Of a stretch of DNA of 64,000 nt, positions 1-12,450 are shown one piece after another. Origin of the DNA: Bugula neritina (Eukaryota; Animalia; Bryozoa); contig OZ037770.1 of NCBI GenBank assembly GCA_964035545.1, forward strand, positions 3,070,662-3,134,661, given 5' to 3'. The notes beneath the pieces were generated by a model that worked only from the letters and a program-made list of their open reading frames with translations, was not told the DNA's origin and ran no database searches. The translations under genes and the position numbers were made by a program. How positions within the stretch are numbered: position 1 is the first letter of the stretch; each line of letters opens with the position of its first letter.

Positions 1-27
1 ATATATATACATATATGTATACATATA

Positions 28-74
<47 letters not shown>

Positions 75-100
75 ATATATATAAATATATATATATATAA
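1..100. repeat. (TA)n microsatellite
   Basis: Direct reading; lies in an intron of the caspase gene. Confidence 0.95.
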
Positions 101-138
101 TGTTGAACGAACGAATAGTAAGTAAGTAGGTAGCTTAC

Positions 139-368
139 AGACTGTCAGGAAGCGTGGAATAAAATATATAGCAGTCTTCCGGAACCTTCACCGCAGGGAA
201 AGGATGCCGTTGCCACTCTGCAGCAAAGCTTTTTTGATCGAGTTCTCTCCGCACTGGATTTATTTCTGATGGCCATTCTATGAATGGTGTAGAAGAAGTC
301 CATGCTGCATGGGTTCTATTTGAGCGCCCTCTACCAAGCTTTCCTCGGCAAAATGATAGCCATAACAT
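139..368 (-). CDS. Caspase domain exon 3 (catalytic Cys SFCRG, inter-subunit linker, start of small subunit)
   Basis: PK|MLWLSFCRG corresponds to PKlf.iQACRG; EDCYIFYSTLP corresponds to the small-subunit start D.l.aYST.PG. Acceptor TTACAG|, donor |GTAAGC. Confidence 0.9.
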
Positions 369-3300
369 CTGTAACAGAAACTGGCAATTAGCTATCTCAG
401 CAGAGCTATGGCTGTTTCAAATTCCTATGTAATTCACAAGTCTTTTAATACCTTAGGAATGTGCTTCAGATTGGAGCTACACAGAGCGTCAACTACTTCT
501 TGAACTGTAAAGACAGAGCCATCATTTCCATATATACCTCCAGAGTTGGTATCACCATGGGACATTATAGCCAAGGCCACAATGGATCCATGGTTAGAGG
601 ATTCTGAAAAGACTTTTATTGTTCTGATCATTTCTTCTGCTGTGCTCAAATCACAGGCCTCTTCCACCTTAAAAACGAAAATTTCAAAACACAACGGCAT
701 TAGTACATGGATGTCAGAGTTCAATGTCGCCGAAAAGGAGTTACAGGGCAGTGTTGTTAGAAAGGTGAGAAAGAAATAAAAAATTATCACGTTTTTTGTT
801 CCAATCTCCTGAGAAACACACTAAATGTAATGCTTATACTGGTACCTGCAAGCCAAGTTGCAAGCCTAAAGATAACTTAGCGTAATCGAGTTCCGCTTCA
901 CCGCCTTCTCTACCTTGCAGATTACAAACAATAAGAGCCCTCCCGTTAGCATTATCTAAGCTTGTTGTTGTTTCTTTAAAAGATGAATCATGGTATCGTC
1001 TACCCAGTGTAGAGCTTACTTCTATCCGTTTCACATTTTCGTCACCTCGAAGTGCCATAAAAAGACCATCTATGCTATCAACTGGATCTTCTGAGATTTG
1101 TAACGGTCTAAATGAGAGCCAATACATTAACTTGTAAAGCATGTGGTAAACAAGAGCTGGTCAAATTTTCTTTTAAAAACTCACTAATACGAATATAAGA
1201 ACTAAACTCTAGAGCATATTAAAGAATCTATGCCAGCGGCTGTTCAACCCCAGCTTACAGTTATGTGGCTCTCAAAGGCATAAAACTACAATTATTTTTC
1301 ACAGTATATATGAATTAAAGTGAAAAAAAAACTTTTTCAATGTTTTATTTATACATATGTTACAAAACCTGCGTTAACTATTGGAATTTTATTGTGCAAT
1401 GATTCATAGAAATTTGGAATAAAATGATTTAAAAAATAATGTTAGGGCTCCCAGCACAGGCTAAAGGTTACAATGTGGCTACCCCTATGAAATATTCCTT
1501 TCTGGTGGCCCTTGGTCTGAAAAGGTTGAACACCTCTGATCTAAGCTATGACGGTCACCCAAAAAACCCCCAATTGTATAGGTTTAAATTAGTTATGCTA
1601 TGGTGCCCGAGAAAGCCTTGAAGCTACATATGCTTGACTCGAAGTAAGTTTTAAAGACGAACCTAAACTATTCCTACTAAGGCACTTACAGTGATCACGG
1701 TTATTATTGAAAAGAAGTTTTTGACGTCATAAGTTCATAGTTTTAGTCTTTTAACCAACCTTTTCTCAACGCTATTGTAGATAGGGCTAACAATCAAGTA
1801 GTCAGGTGCAGGTGGGGTTAAATGTATTTGACTGTCTTCAGTTGATTGTAACACAATGACCTAATAATGTACAGAAAATAGACAGACACCATTGAACATT
1901 TTCCTGTTTGAGTATCACATTAAAGAGATTCAGATAATTACAAGACATAGATGTATAATCAAAGGTTTAAATGAAAAAAAATATTCAAAACAATACAATA
2001 TACATTATATTCAACAAATGCTATCTGCAAGTACTTCAATTTCTAACATACACCTTACCTAATAGACAATTTTAAAGCTTGTATAAATGAGTGGGCTCTT
2101 AATAAAAAAAACATTGATACTAATGTAGATATTTGATGACACTACCTTAGGCTGGCCATGGAATCTTGGGTCATTCATGAGGTGAATTTGCTCTTGTATT
2201 TCCTTTTGATCTTTTTTGCCGTAATCGCAATCATAGTTTAACCAAACCATTGAATGACTATCAATTAGCAATGATTGAGAAAGCAATGATGTAACCAGGG
2301 CTTGAGATAGAACAAACATTGGTTCTAGCAATGAGTATTGGTTTAGTGCATAGTGTAGCACCTTCAAAATGTCGGTAGAAAATTGAACTCTAAAGTCTAA
2401 ATTACACGAAAAGAAACCATCAGCCTCCATTTTGTACTCTCTGTCCATCTCAAAGTAAGTGCCACCGTAAATTTGATCGACTGCTGCCGGACTGCACAAA
2501 ACCGAAGTTGTGTAGTACTGTGTGGAAAACATTTGAGTGCTTAAAATTGTTCTACAACTTACGTTTTTTATATTTTTCTGGTCGATAGCTTTTTTTCGTA
2601 GTGGTAAAGGAAGAGAAAGTATGAAGTTTGAGAATACTTTGGCGTTGAATTTTGATACAGCATAGCTTATTGGCGTATTTCTGTATATGTCTGGTGATGT
2701 TAGATCAGTAACCTTTGGCACTATTCTACAAATAATTGCCTCAAGAATTTGGCTCATGAAAGGAGAAAGACACGCTAAATGGTAAATATTTTGTTTATAG
2801 CAATTCTTCATTTGTGCCAAATTAGCTAGGATGTCCCCATCGTAAGGAAGGTCCTCTATGCAATCTAGCATATCTTCAAACAGACTAAGATTTCCATGCT
2901 TTATAGCGTGTGTAAGGCCAGTAAATCCGTTTTTATCTTCAATTGTTAAAAGTTCCATAGGATCTTCAGCAAGATCAATGAGTGATCTAGCAATATCACC
3001 ATTGTTGGAATAATGCAAAGCTGTTTTTCCAAAAGAATCTCTCTGTAGCAAGATGCTACAATTCTCCTCTTGAAGATTTTCTAAAATGATTTTGATGATT
3101 TGTGGATCAGATGCATAATGAAGTGCAGTTCGGCCCTTTTCATCACAAAGAGTGCTGATTGATTTCCAGTCGTCGCATTGATCAAAAATTTCTTGAACCA
3201 ATTCAACTTTACCTTGTCTAGCTGCAATATGAAGCACCGTTTGTCCGTCATTGTTTGTTTCCTGCAGTATTTTATTCTTTTCACTTTCATTACTTATTGC

Positions 3301-6300
3301 ATTTAAAATTTCACGGCATACAGCTGATGTTGATGCATGATGCAATGCTGTCATACAATTTGTGTCTTTATCAAATAAAGAATCGTATGGTAGCACAGTG
3401 AGTATATATGATACCATCTCATGGCAGCCATTGCGCGATGCTATGTGCAAGGAATTCATATGTACATCTCGAGTGTACATTTGTAAATAGTTGGCTCTTG
3501 AATTTATGTCAATGGTATTCAAAAGAGTTTCAGCAAGCTGTACATTGCCAACATAATGCAATGGTACTTTGCCATTTTGATCTTGCTTGCTCAGCAGCAA
3601 ATGGTAGTCAACTGTTTCACCCAGTATTCGATCTACAAGGTTGATTTGCTTTTCAATGGCTTGGTGGAAAAAGCTTTTTTCATCATCTGAGCTGGATGTA
3701 AGCACCACACTGTTTTTTAAGCTAATTTTACTAGCATCAGCAAGTAAATGAAGCAGTGGTTTATGCCTCATTTTCAATGTCTGATTTAGAACTTTTACAT
3801 TAGCCAGTCTAAATGTTAATAAGGCATTTAAATTTCTGCGATTTAATTTTTTAACACCAGCCAAAGCCAAATCAACATTTACTGTTTTGTTCTCAGAGGT
3901 TCTGAGAATATAACTTGCTAATAAGCTATTGTTAATGTAAGTCAATTTGATACTGCCTCTAACTCTTTCAAATAGCAATGACTCTTTGCTCATCAAATTA
4001 ACATAGAGAAAGTTTGAAAAATGCGGCCTAATCATAACTGTTGGATATATCTCGTCCTTATGGTCATTGAAGCTATTGGCTTCAGCGAATTTCAAGAGAC
4101 TGGTAGTTGTTTTTATTAAAGCGATTTCATGTGCTGACAAAAGAGTATCCAACAAAAATTCTACAACATCAAATCTTTCTTGGATAGCTGCTGCCATCAC
4201 CATATCAAATTCGTTCTTTTCAACTCCTGAAAGTATATAATTCGCTTTGTCTTCCTGAGGTATGATACTTAAAATACAACTGATAACTTCAAGATATTTG
4301 GCATAATGGAAAGGCAGTTTGTTACTGGTATCCTTGTGCCACAACAAAGCTTCAAGACTCATATTGAATGATAAATAAAACGAAATCAGTTCTTTCGAGT
4401 TCTGCAAACACGCATGATGCAAAACATTTCTTTTGTTGGTATCAACTAAACGTAGTACCTTTTCTTGTTTGGGAGCTTCTATTTTCGCAATTAAATGTTT
4501 TGCTGCTTCAACATCTCTAATCAAATGGAGTGCTGTCCTACCATTGTTATCTAGGAGTTCAATAAAGGCTTCATCGGGCAAGCAATCTAAATAATATTTC
4601 AACACATCTGTATTGCTATTGAATGCAGCAGTATGTAATGGCGTGTGATTCTTAGATCTGTCAGCAAAGTTTATTATGCTACTAATACCGTGCTTTGAAT
4701 ATTTAATCAAATATTTTGCAACATTTGTGTTTGCTGCATAATGAAGTGGTATTCGGTCATACTTATCTGTTTTCTCAGCAATATCAGTGTAAGAGAAGTT
4801 ATTAACCATGTGTTCTACAACATCAGCAAATCCTCCCTTTGATGCCATGTGTAAAGCAGTTTGATGATTAATTTCTTCAGTTGCACACAGCAGCTCAACA
4901 GCATCAGTAGCGGCATTCAGCAACAGTGCCGATGCACGTCTTGTTTGAGCATAATGCAAAGCAGTACGTCCATTTTTATCTTTTAATGAAGAAAATGAAC
5001 CTTTATAATGTTCTTCAATGTTATCAAGAAGACATCGAACCACATCTGTATGATCATGTATGACTGCTGCATGTAATGGTGTTTGTCCATGCTCTGTGTC
5101 AGCCTTCATCATCATATCCGATTGTCCTTTGGCGATAAGCATAAGCAAAATTTCTTTGTTATAGGCATAATGAAAAACACTGCGGCCTTTTTCATCATTT
5201 TGGGAAATAATTTGATCAGCCCATGGTATCTCCAGAAAAATTCGCACAATATCGGTTCTGCCTTCCTTTAATGCCCTGTGAAATGTTGATAATTTTGTTT
5301 CATCATTTCCTTCATCTAATACAATTTGGTTTTGAATTGGTTCAAAACTATTTAGTAGCACCTTTACTATTTGGTCATTTTGAGCATAATTTAATGGAAC
5401 CTTATCATAAATGTCTCGCTTAAAAAGTAGAGCATCACTCGTAAGAATACTACAGATATACTTGACCACTTCGTGTCTATTTTGCCCAGCAGCTATGTGC
5501 AGCACAGTTTGATTTTTGTCATCAGTAGCGGAAAGATAATTTTCTACATGATGTTTATCAATACTATTTACGAGACATTCTGCAACAACCTTAGATCTTG
5601 CTTCATGCAATGGGGTTTTCCGACTTTTACCTTTAATGAAAGCTAGCGAAAAGTTTGTCATGCAACAATTTTCACATACCTTTGTTCGACTGGGTTTTCT
5701 AGGCTGTATATCTGAGAACGTTTGCCCACTGGTGCTGATATCTCTTTGAAAATCTGTATACAAGCCTATATTTGCATTTTGGTACAAACAGATGTTTTCG
5801 CTTTCATCAATGCCAATTGCTTCATAACTGAGATTATTACAGTTGCAGGGCGCCATAAAAGCAGTGATGTCATTAATTGTTTTCACATGAATAAGGCTGC
5901 AAAAAGTCTCTACCAGATCTAAGTTGTCTTTTTGAGCTGCTAAATGCAGTGCCGTGTTGCCATCAGCATCTCCTGCAGTTAAAAACTTTCTCTGATACTT
6001 GGTTTCTATTGCTGAAAGTAACTGTTTAGCTACATTAGCTGTAGAAGCATTGTGTAAAGCAGTTCTACCTTGGCTATCTCTCTGAAGAAAAAATTTGATA
6101 TTGGATGATGGTATTTTTGACAGAATTAAACTTAGCAGATCGTGGTGGTCCAAGTTTACAGCTAAGTGAAGAATGGTGGCCCCATTATAGCTGCAAAGCT
6201 CTAAATCATCAACAAAATTATGCAGCTGTGCTGGGGGTTGAAAATCATCAGACATTCTTCCAAGAAAGTACTCAACAAGTTTCATTTTGTCAGTTCTCAC

Positions 6301-9300
6301 TATAAAATGCAGCGCAGTTTCTTGATTATTATCTTGCATTGTTAACAATTTTCTGCTTTCGCCAAATTCTAGTTGCTTGAGAAAAAAATGCATTGTAGAT
6401 TCTTTTTCTACATAAAACAAAGCATTTCGACCATATTTATCTCTAGATGTTAGCAACTCAGTCACAGAAACATTGCATTCGCACAAGGATCTGGCTGCAT
6501 CATCTTTGCCATTTACAAGAGTGGTATGCAGGGCAGTCATCTGATTTACATCTTGTTCAAAAATGAAAAATGAAAAGTTTGCTGTAGATACAGCATTGGT
6601 AAGAATCTGCACCATGTCCTTGTTCATAGCATAATGAAGTGCTGTTCTCCTCTTATTGTCTTTCTGTAAAAACAGAGAATCATCAGGCAAAAACATATTG
6701 CATATGTATCTAGCGACATCAAACCTATCATCCTGAGAAGCCAGATGCAAAGCAGTTTGTCCAAGAATATCTTTATTCTTCAAATAGTTCATAACCTCTC
6801 CTTCTTTTATGCTGCTGATTATTGCACGGGCTGCTCTTTCATTACAGGCTCTATGGAGGACAGATTCACCAAACTCGTTGGGTTCATTAAAATGATTGGC
6901 ATCATACTTTGTTCTTAGCAAGTACTCGAGTACTTCTACTCTACCTTGTTCTGATGCATCATGTAACACAGAGCTGTTAGTGTTATCATTCTTGTATTCA
7001 AAATCTATAGCACTAGCAGCATCAACAAGAATCTTTGCTGTTTCAGCATTCAAAGCAACATGAAGCGGTGATTTTCCATATTCATTATATGTAAAAAGCT
7101 GCAATTTAAATTGTGTTATTGACAACAAAAACTGAAGAATAGCTGTTCTGCCACCTGTTGCCATATCATGCACTACTGAATTGCCATCCTTATCAGATTT
7201 AAAGGTGAAAAGTTCCTTTTCTGCTGCTTTTACAATTATTCGAACTATGGGAAGGGAGTTTGCTTTGTGCAAGATAGATTTGCCCAACTCATTTTTTGAA
7301 CTGATGAGCTTCAACTTGCCAAGACCTTTAAAAGTTTCACAGAGATTATGCAATAAGAGCACACAATTTTCTGTAGCAGCTTTGTGTATCACTTGAATAA
7401 GCAAACTAGTATTGGTAAACTTAGTTGGCCAAATATAGCGGTATAGTTTTGACATTTGAAGTAAAGTATCGATTACCTGCAGATTACAGCTCTCAAGAGC
7501 ATAATCAATTGGTAGTCGGTTATATTTGTCAATAATATAAGCTGGGTTCTCAGGAAGATCTGAAACACGTTGGCACACATGCCTAACGAGCTCAAACAAA
7601 TTTGCTTTTGCAAAAATATGAAGAGGTGTTCTCTTTTGATTGTCCAACATACAGAACAAAGTATTGACCTGTGAAAAGTTTTCTCTAGCATACTTTATAA
7701 AAAGTTTAATAACTGAAGCCTCCTCACAGTAGTGCAGTGGAGTTTTACCATACATGTCTTTAGCAACAAGCAGATTTGAGCAGACGTGATAACTTGTTAC
7801 CTTGATTTGTTCAGCATCCTGTTCTTCTGCTATATCAAATTTGAAATCTGTAGCTTTCAAAATACATTCGGCCACTTTACTGTTGGCATTTGCATAATGT
7901 AGAGCATTTTTGTTGAAGATGTCAGTTTTTAATAGCAATTCAGATTGAGTTACCGGGAATCTATTAGTTAAAACCTGTACGACTCCTTCCCGAGAATGTA
8001 TTATAGCTGTATGTAAAGCTGTTCGCATTTTGTTGTCAACAATTAAAACACATTCTGGGGCAAGTGTTTGCATAAAATCGAGAATAGCTTTCAAGACCTC
8101 ACCATTTGTTGCATGATGAAGTGGTGTTTGGCCATTATCGTCTTGTCGAAACAAAGCATTTTTGTATGATACAGCTAACTCAGAAAACAGCTGCACTACA
8201 TCACATCTCCCATTTTTAGCAGCTTCATGTAAGGAATTGACGTCCAAATTTTCAAAAGGCAAGAATTTTTCCAACAAGTAACAGTCTATGCTGCTATTAG
8301 TAGCATAACAAAGAGCTGTTTTGTCATAGACATCTAATTGCAAAAGAAACTGGACATCTTTCGAGCTGTTAGATATTAGACTGCATATGTATGCAACAAC
8401 TTCCGTTCTTCCCATTGCTGATGCCAAGTGCAAAGCTGTAGCCCCAAAACTATCTAGTGCCTGAGACAAATATTCAATTTTATTTGCAGGGTTAATTGCA
8501 TTTAAAATGATTTGTGTCATTTGTTTTGATTCTGCCAAATGAATAGGCAGTCTTCCTTGTGAGTTCTTTTGGCTCAAAAGATTTTTGTATGTTTGGCTAC
8601 TACAAATTTGTTCCACCAAATCAACCTGATTCTTGCCAACTGCATTCAAAAATAAGTTTCCCAATGAACTTTTAGCGCTATTAAACCAAGAAAGCTCAGT
8701 GCAATCCGATGATATGGCTTTTAAGACAGAGATAAGAATGCTTTCATTTTCACTTTTGATTGCATAGTCTAATACAGAAAGACCTGAACTATCTTCTAAG
8801 CCCCAACAGGTTTTGCATTCTGATAGGCAAGTGCAAAGAAAAGCTGTTACTAACTCCAGATTCTGTGAAATCACTGAATGAAGTACAATTATTTTATTTT
8901 TGTCAGGTAATAAAATCAACTTTTTGAAAAGATTTGTTTGCACCACAGCAAGACCATTATCTTCTGTTTGCAGCAAATGAGGGTTGGCAAAACGCCCATT
9001 GCCAGCTTTAGTTGGAATCTGCATATTTAATGAAAAATTTGCCGCTTGTCTAGCAGATGAAATATAAAATCTTGCATTAACTTGTTCACTCAAAATTTGT
9101 AGAAAATCAATTGTTTTGTCGCTTGAGTTACTAATATAGTGCAATGCTGTTTTACCTGCTGCATCTTGCTTAGACATCAGTAAAAAATTGTCAATTTTCA
9201 ACGAACACAAATATGTTGCTACATCATACCGATTGTTCATAATTGCAAAATGCATTGCTGTTTGATCATTTTTATCGAGTTTAAACAAAAATGGTTCTAA

Positions 9301-11091
9301 TGTGTTTTCACCAACACACTGAATAACTTTATGAGCAATATCGGAGTTTGCTGCATAATGCAAAAGAGTACGCCCTAAGTCATCTTCAGAAAAAAATATG
9401 CTTCTATCACTAATGGTTGTGGTGGCATATATGAGTATATCTACAATTTCAGCATGACAAGCACAATGCCAGACAGTTTGCCCTTTATTGTTCTTCTGGT
9501 AAATCAGCTCTTTGCTCAGCAGATCATTTTCTAATAGACATTGCAAGATGTCAGTTCGGCCATCTTCTGCAACCAAATGAAGCAAAGTACTTTTCTGAAA
9601 GTTCACAGCTTTTAAAAGTGTTTCAGTTATAGACTTGCCAACTATGTTCAACGTGGTCTCTACAATCTGCCTATTTTTAGCTAGGTGTAATACGGTATTG
9701 CCAGCCTGATCTTGTTGAAACAACAAAGCTTTATTTAACGATGTTACACTACACAGCATCTGAAAGACATCTACATTCCCATTATCAGAAGCAATATGTA
9801 AAGCTGTTTTTCCTGTGATGTCCTTTCCTCTTAACAACTCTACCATGTTGTCAATACTTATCAATGAGAGTTGCTCACATTCAACCTCAGAAGATTGTTC
9901 TGAGCCCGGCATCTGCATCATAAGAGCACAGAAGTATTGGAGGACGTCTATTAGCTCATCATTCATAGCAACCCTGTGAAATATGCTACTGCCTGAATGA
10001 TCGAGTAGGTGAAATATTTTGCCTAACTCTGCTAACTCTATTACTTCGGCAAGAATTCTTGCAACATCAAAACTTTTCACGTAATGAAAAACTGATCTTC
10101 CTAAATGGTCCACCTGCAGTAAAGACTCAATACCCCAGTTTGCAATACTATATTCATCTTCCTTCACTAAAAACTGGTAGCCTGGAAACGTTTGTTTGCT
10201 ACAAACACTAACTAAGTACTCCACCAACAACAAAATGTCGCTTTTGACTGCATCGTGTATAAAAGTTATGTCCTCTCCGCATGTGCTAAAGACATTCATC
10301 ATTTTTAGATACTTAGCAACTTCTTCCCGATCTTCATCCTCTGCAAATTCAGCTGCATTTTGTCCATCTTCATCCACTAGGGTCAAACACATGCTATCGG
10401 TATTCTCTAAAATAATTTGAACAGTCTCAACGTTTAAAGCATAATGCAGTGGGGTCCGGCCTTTCAAATCTGGCTTTAGTAAGCACTCTCTTGGTCCTAC
10501 CAGCTCATAATCACCAGATTTACAATCATTTAAATTGAGACTAAACAGGTATTCCAAAAGGTCAGTATATCCAGATTTTGCAGCGTAGTGGGCAACTGTC
10601 ATTCCTTTAATATCGTGTGCACAAACAAGTTTCTGATGATTTGAAGTAAAAGCATATGATAAAATCACTTTTGCCATTGTCGAGGTGATGCAATAATGAA
10701 ATGCTGTTCGACCAGACCTATCACGAGACATTAACCATCTATCACTTTTATCACTAGCATTTGTCACTATAAGTCTGTCACAAAGAAACTCAACTCGCTT
10801 CACATCTTGAGTAAGCACAGCATCATGCATTACATTTGTATCTTGACATTTTTCAAACCCAGCTGGCACATTCTTCTCAGAAGGCTGTTCTGCAGGAATA
10901 CAAATCTCATATACATGTACTTCTTGTGCGTGATCGCTCATTAAATCTTCGTAGATGTATTCATCGTTGAGACTCGTGTTGGTTAACCTTGAAGTGATAC
11001 TTGGTTTGGCGTAGATCTCTGAGTCAGAAGCTGTATTTTGTTGAGCAGCTACATCTATCAAAATCTCCCCTTTTTGATAGTTTTGTGCCAT
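139..11091 (-). CDS. Giant ankyrin-repeat/caspase fusion protein (multi-exon, 3' end outside window), >3250 aa
   Basis: Phase-consistent GT-AG model: exons 11091-2146 (phase 0), 1860-1760 (phase 2), 1107-846 (phase 0), 667-452 (phase 0), 368-139 (phase 2, donor GTAAGC). The spliced frame has no stop. The N-terminal part is ankyrin repeats; the C-terminal part has caspase motifs RALIVCN, GREGG, IMSHG, SFCRG, DCYIFYSTLP. Confidence 0.8.
452..667 (-). CDS. Caspase domain exon 2 (catalytic His, MSHG)
   Basis: VALAIMSHGD...IYGNDG...LCSSNLKHIPK is a typical caspase segment. 216 nt, phase 0/0, AG/GT ends. Confidence 0.9.
846..1107 (-). CDS. Caspase domain exon 1 (start of large subunit)
   Basis: GRALIVCNLQGREGGEAELDYAKL matches the caspase first beta strand and the conserved R-x-G motif. 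Acceptor TTTAG|, donor |GTACCA. Confidence 0.85.
1234..1538 (+). mobile_element. Non-autonomous hAT (Buster/Charlie-type) MITE, intronic
   Basis: TIRs CAGCGGCTGTTCAACC / GGTTGAACACCTCTG; 8-bp TSD ATCTATGC vs ATCTAAGC (7/8, central TA). Related internal sequence at ~34430-34680 (+) and ~60400-60610 (-). Confidence 0.8.
1760..1860 (-). CDS. Linker exon of the ankyrin-caspase gene (VIVLQSTEDSQIHLTPPAPDYLIVSPIYNSVEK)
   Basis: Acceptor ATTATTAG| and donor |GTTGGT. Open frame; phase 0 in and phase 2 out exactly bridge the giant exon and the 1107 exon. Too short for the ORF track. Confidence 0.7.
2146..11091 (-). CDS. Single ~8.9 kb exon encoding a very long ankyrin-repeat array (roughly 60-70 repeats by eye)
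   Basis: Uninterrupted 3016-codon ORF with recurring G-x-T-[AP]-L-H-x-A motifs (GRTPLHYA, GKTALHIA, GQTALHLA...). Acceptor TTTTTAG just before 11136; first ATG at 11091. Confidence 0.95.
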
Positions 11092-12285
11092 ACTGGAGCT
11101 TGTCACCACTATCTTGTTCAGTATTATAATTATACTCTAAAAAGTATTTCACAAACAGTCTTTTACATGTGCTTTAAAAATTTAAAGCCTGCAAATTCAA
11201 CATAGCTATAGATGCAAAAAAAGTAGCCAGAGTCGATTTTTTATTAAGCTGTTTACTGCTATAAACTACAGCAACTATAGCAGTCAAAAGCTACACATTT
11301 ATACTAATATTATGCTGTAGTAGTGGCTGAGAAAACTAGTCAAGATTACTTAAATCCACCCGCTGGTATCAATCGTTCTATAAGCGGATCATTGACAAGC
11401 CTAATCACAAAAATGCTTTACGTGTCTTGCTTTACTTTTGGCTACACAAAATGACTCACTTTTGCCGTCTTCAGCTGTTGAAGCGTTTATTTGTTTAACG
11501 TCTGCCGGATTTCAGCAATTAAATCACAGAAAGCTTGAAAACCCCAGTTTGAATGTTCAAGGTTCAAAAAACTTAAACATTAAATTTGCTTCAGAATTGC
11601 AGAGTAAAGTTTAATTCAATATATACATGGTTTACACCTGTTTGCAAATTAAGAAAAACTATATAATAACATAATAAGGAATAAAGTAATAAAATTTAGT
11701 CATCTTTCATCAAATATTGCTTAAAAAGCATAAAAAACTCAAATATTAGGGAAAATAATTTACTAAGCCTATAGGTAGGTTAGCTTTACATCTAAAATTT
11801 GTCTTAAACTAACAATAGCTAAATTATATAAATATTGTTGGGATCAAGTCATAATAATCGTAATTATTTACTATAATAAGATATAGTGTAAAGGTGCCAT
11901 ATATGATAATCATTAGGAATTACTAGAGTCTGTATAGGAGTAGTGTTAAACTTAGAGTCACACACTCACTAACAAATACAGCACAAACATACTACACATG
12001 CACATAAGTGCATGATGCATATATGTGCACGTGTATTATATGTCCTTATACATATACGCATGTACATACTACATACAATTTGTATATGTGTATATATGCA
12101 TATGCATTTTCGTATAGATAAATTCCTATGGGATTGCTTATATCATAGATGGCTCGTGCACATAAAATAGTTATTTAAGCAAAAGAGGACAAATAAACAA
12201 AATCAAAAATATTTCAACTCAGAAGTTGTCCTCTCTGGGGGGGGGGGGGTGCTGTTTACTTACATTTAGATGCAGGCTGGTGGTG

Positions 12286-12450
<165 letters not shown>

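Noticed and set aside
3081-10420. Small ORFs overlapping the giant ankyrin exon
   Set aside because: Shadow/alternative-frame ORFs with no motifs.
2059-11109. Bacterial endosymbiont (Wolbachia/Rickettsiales-like) ankyrin gene as contamination
   Set aside because: The ORF is bounded by spliceosomal signals and embedded among introns, SINEs and microsatellites. Ancient transfer cannot be excluded without a phylogeny, but nothing here demonstrates it.
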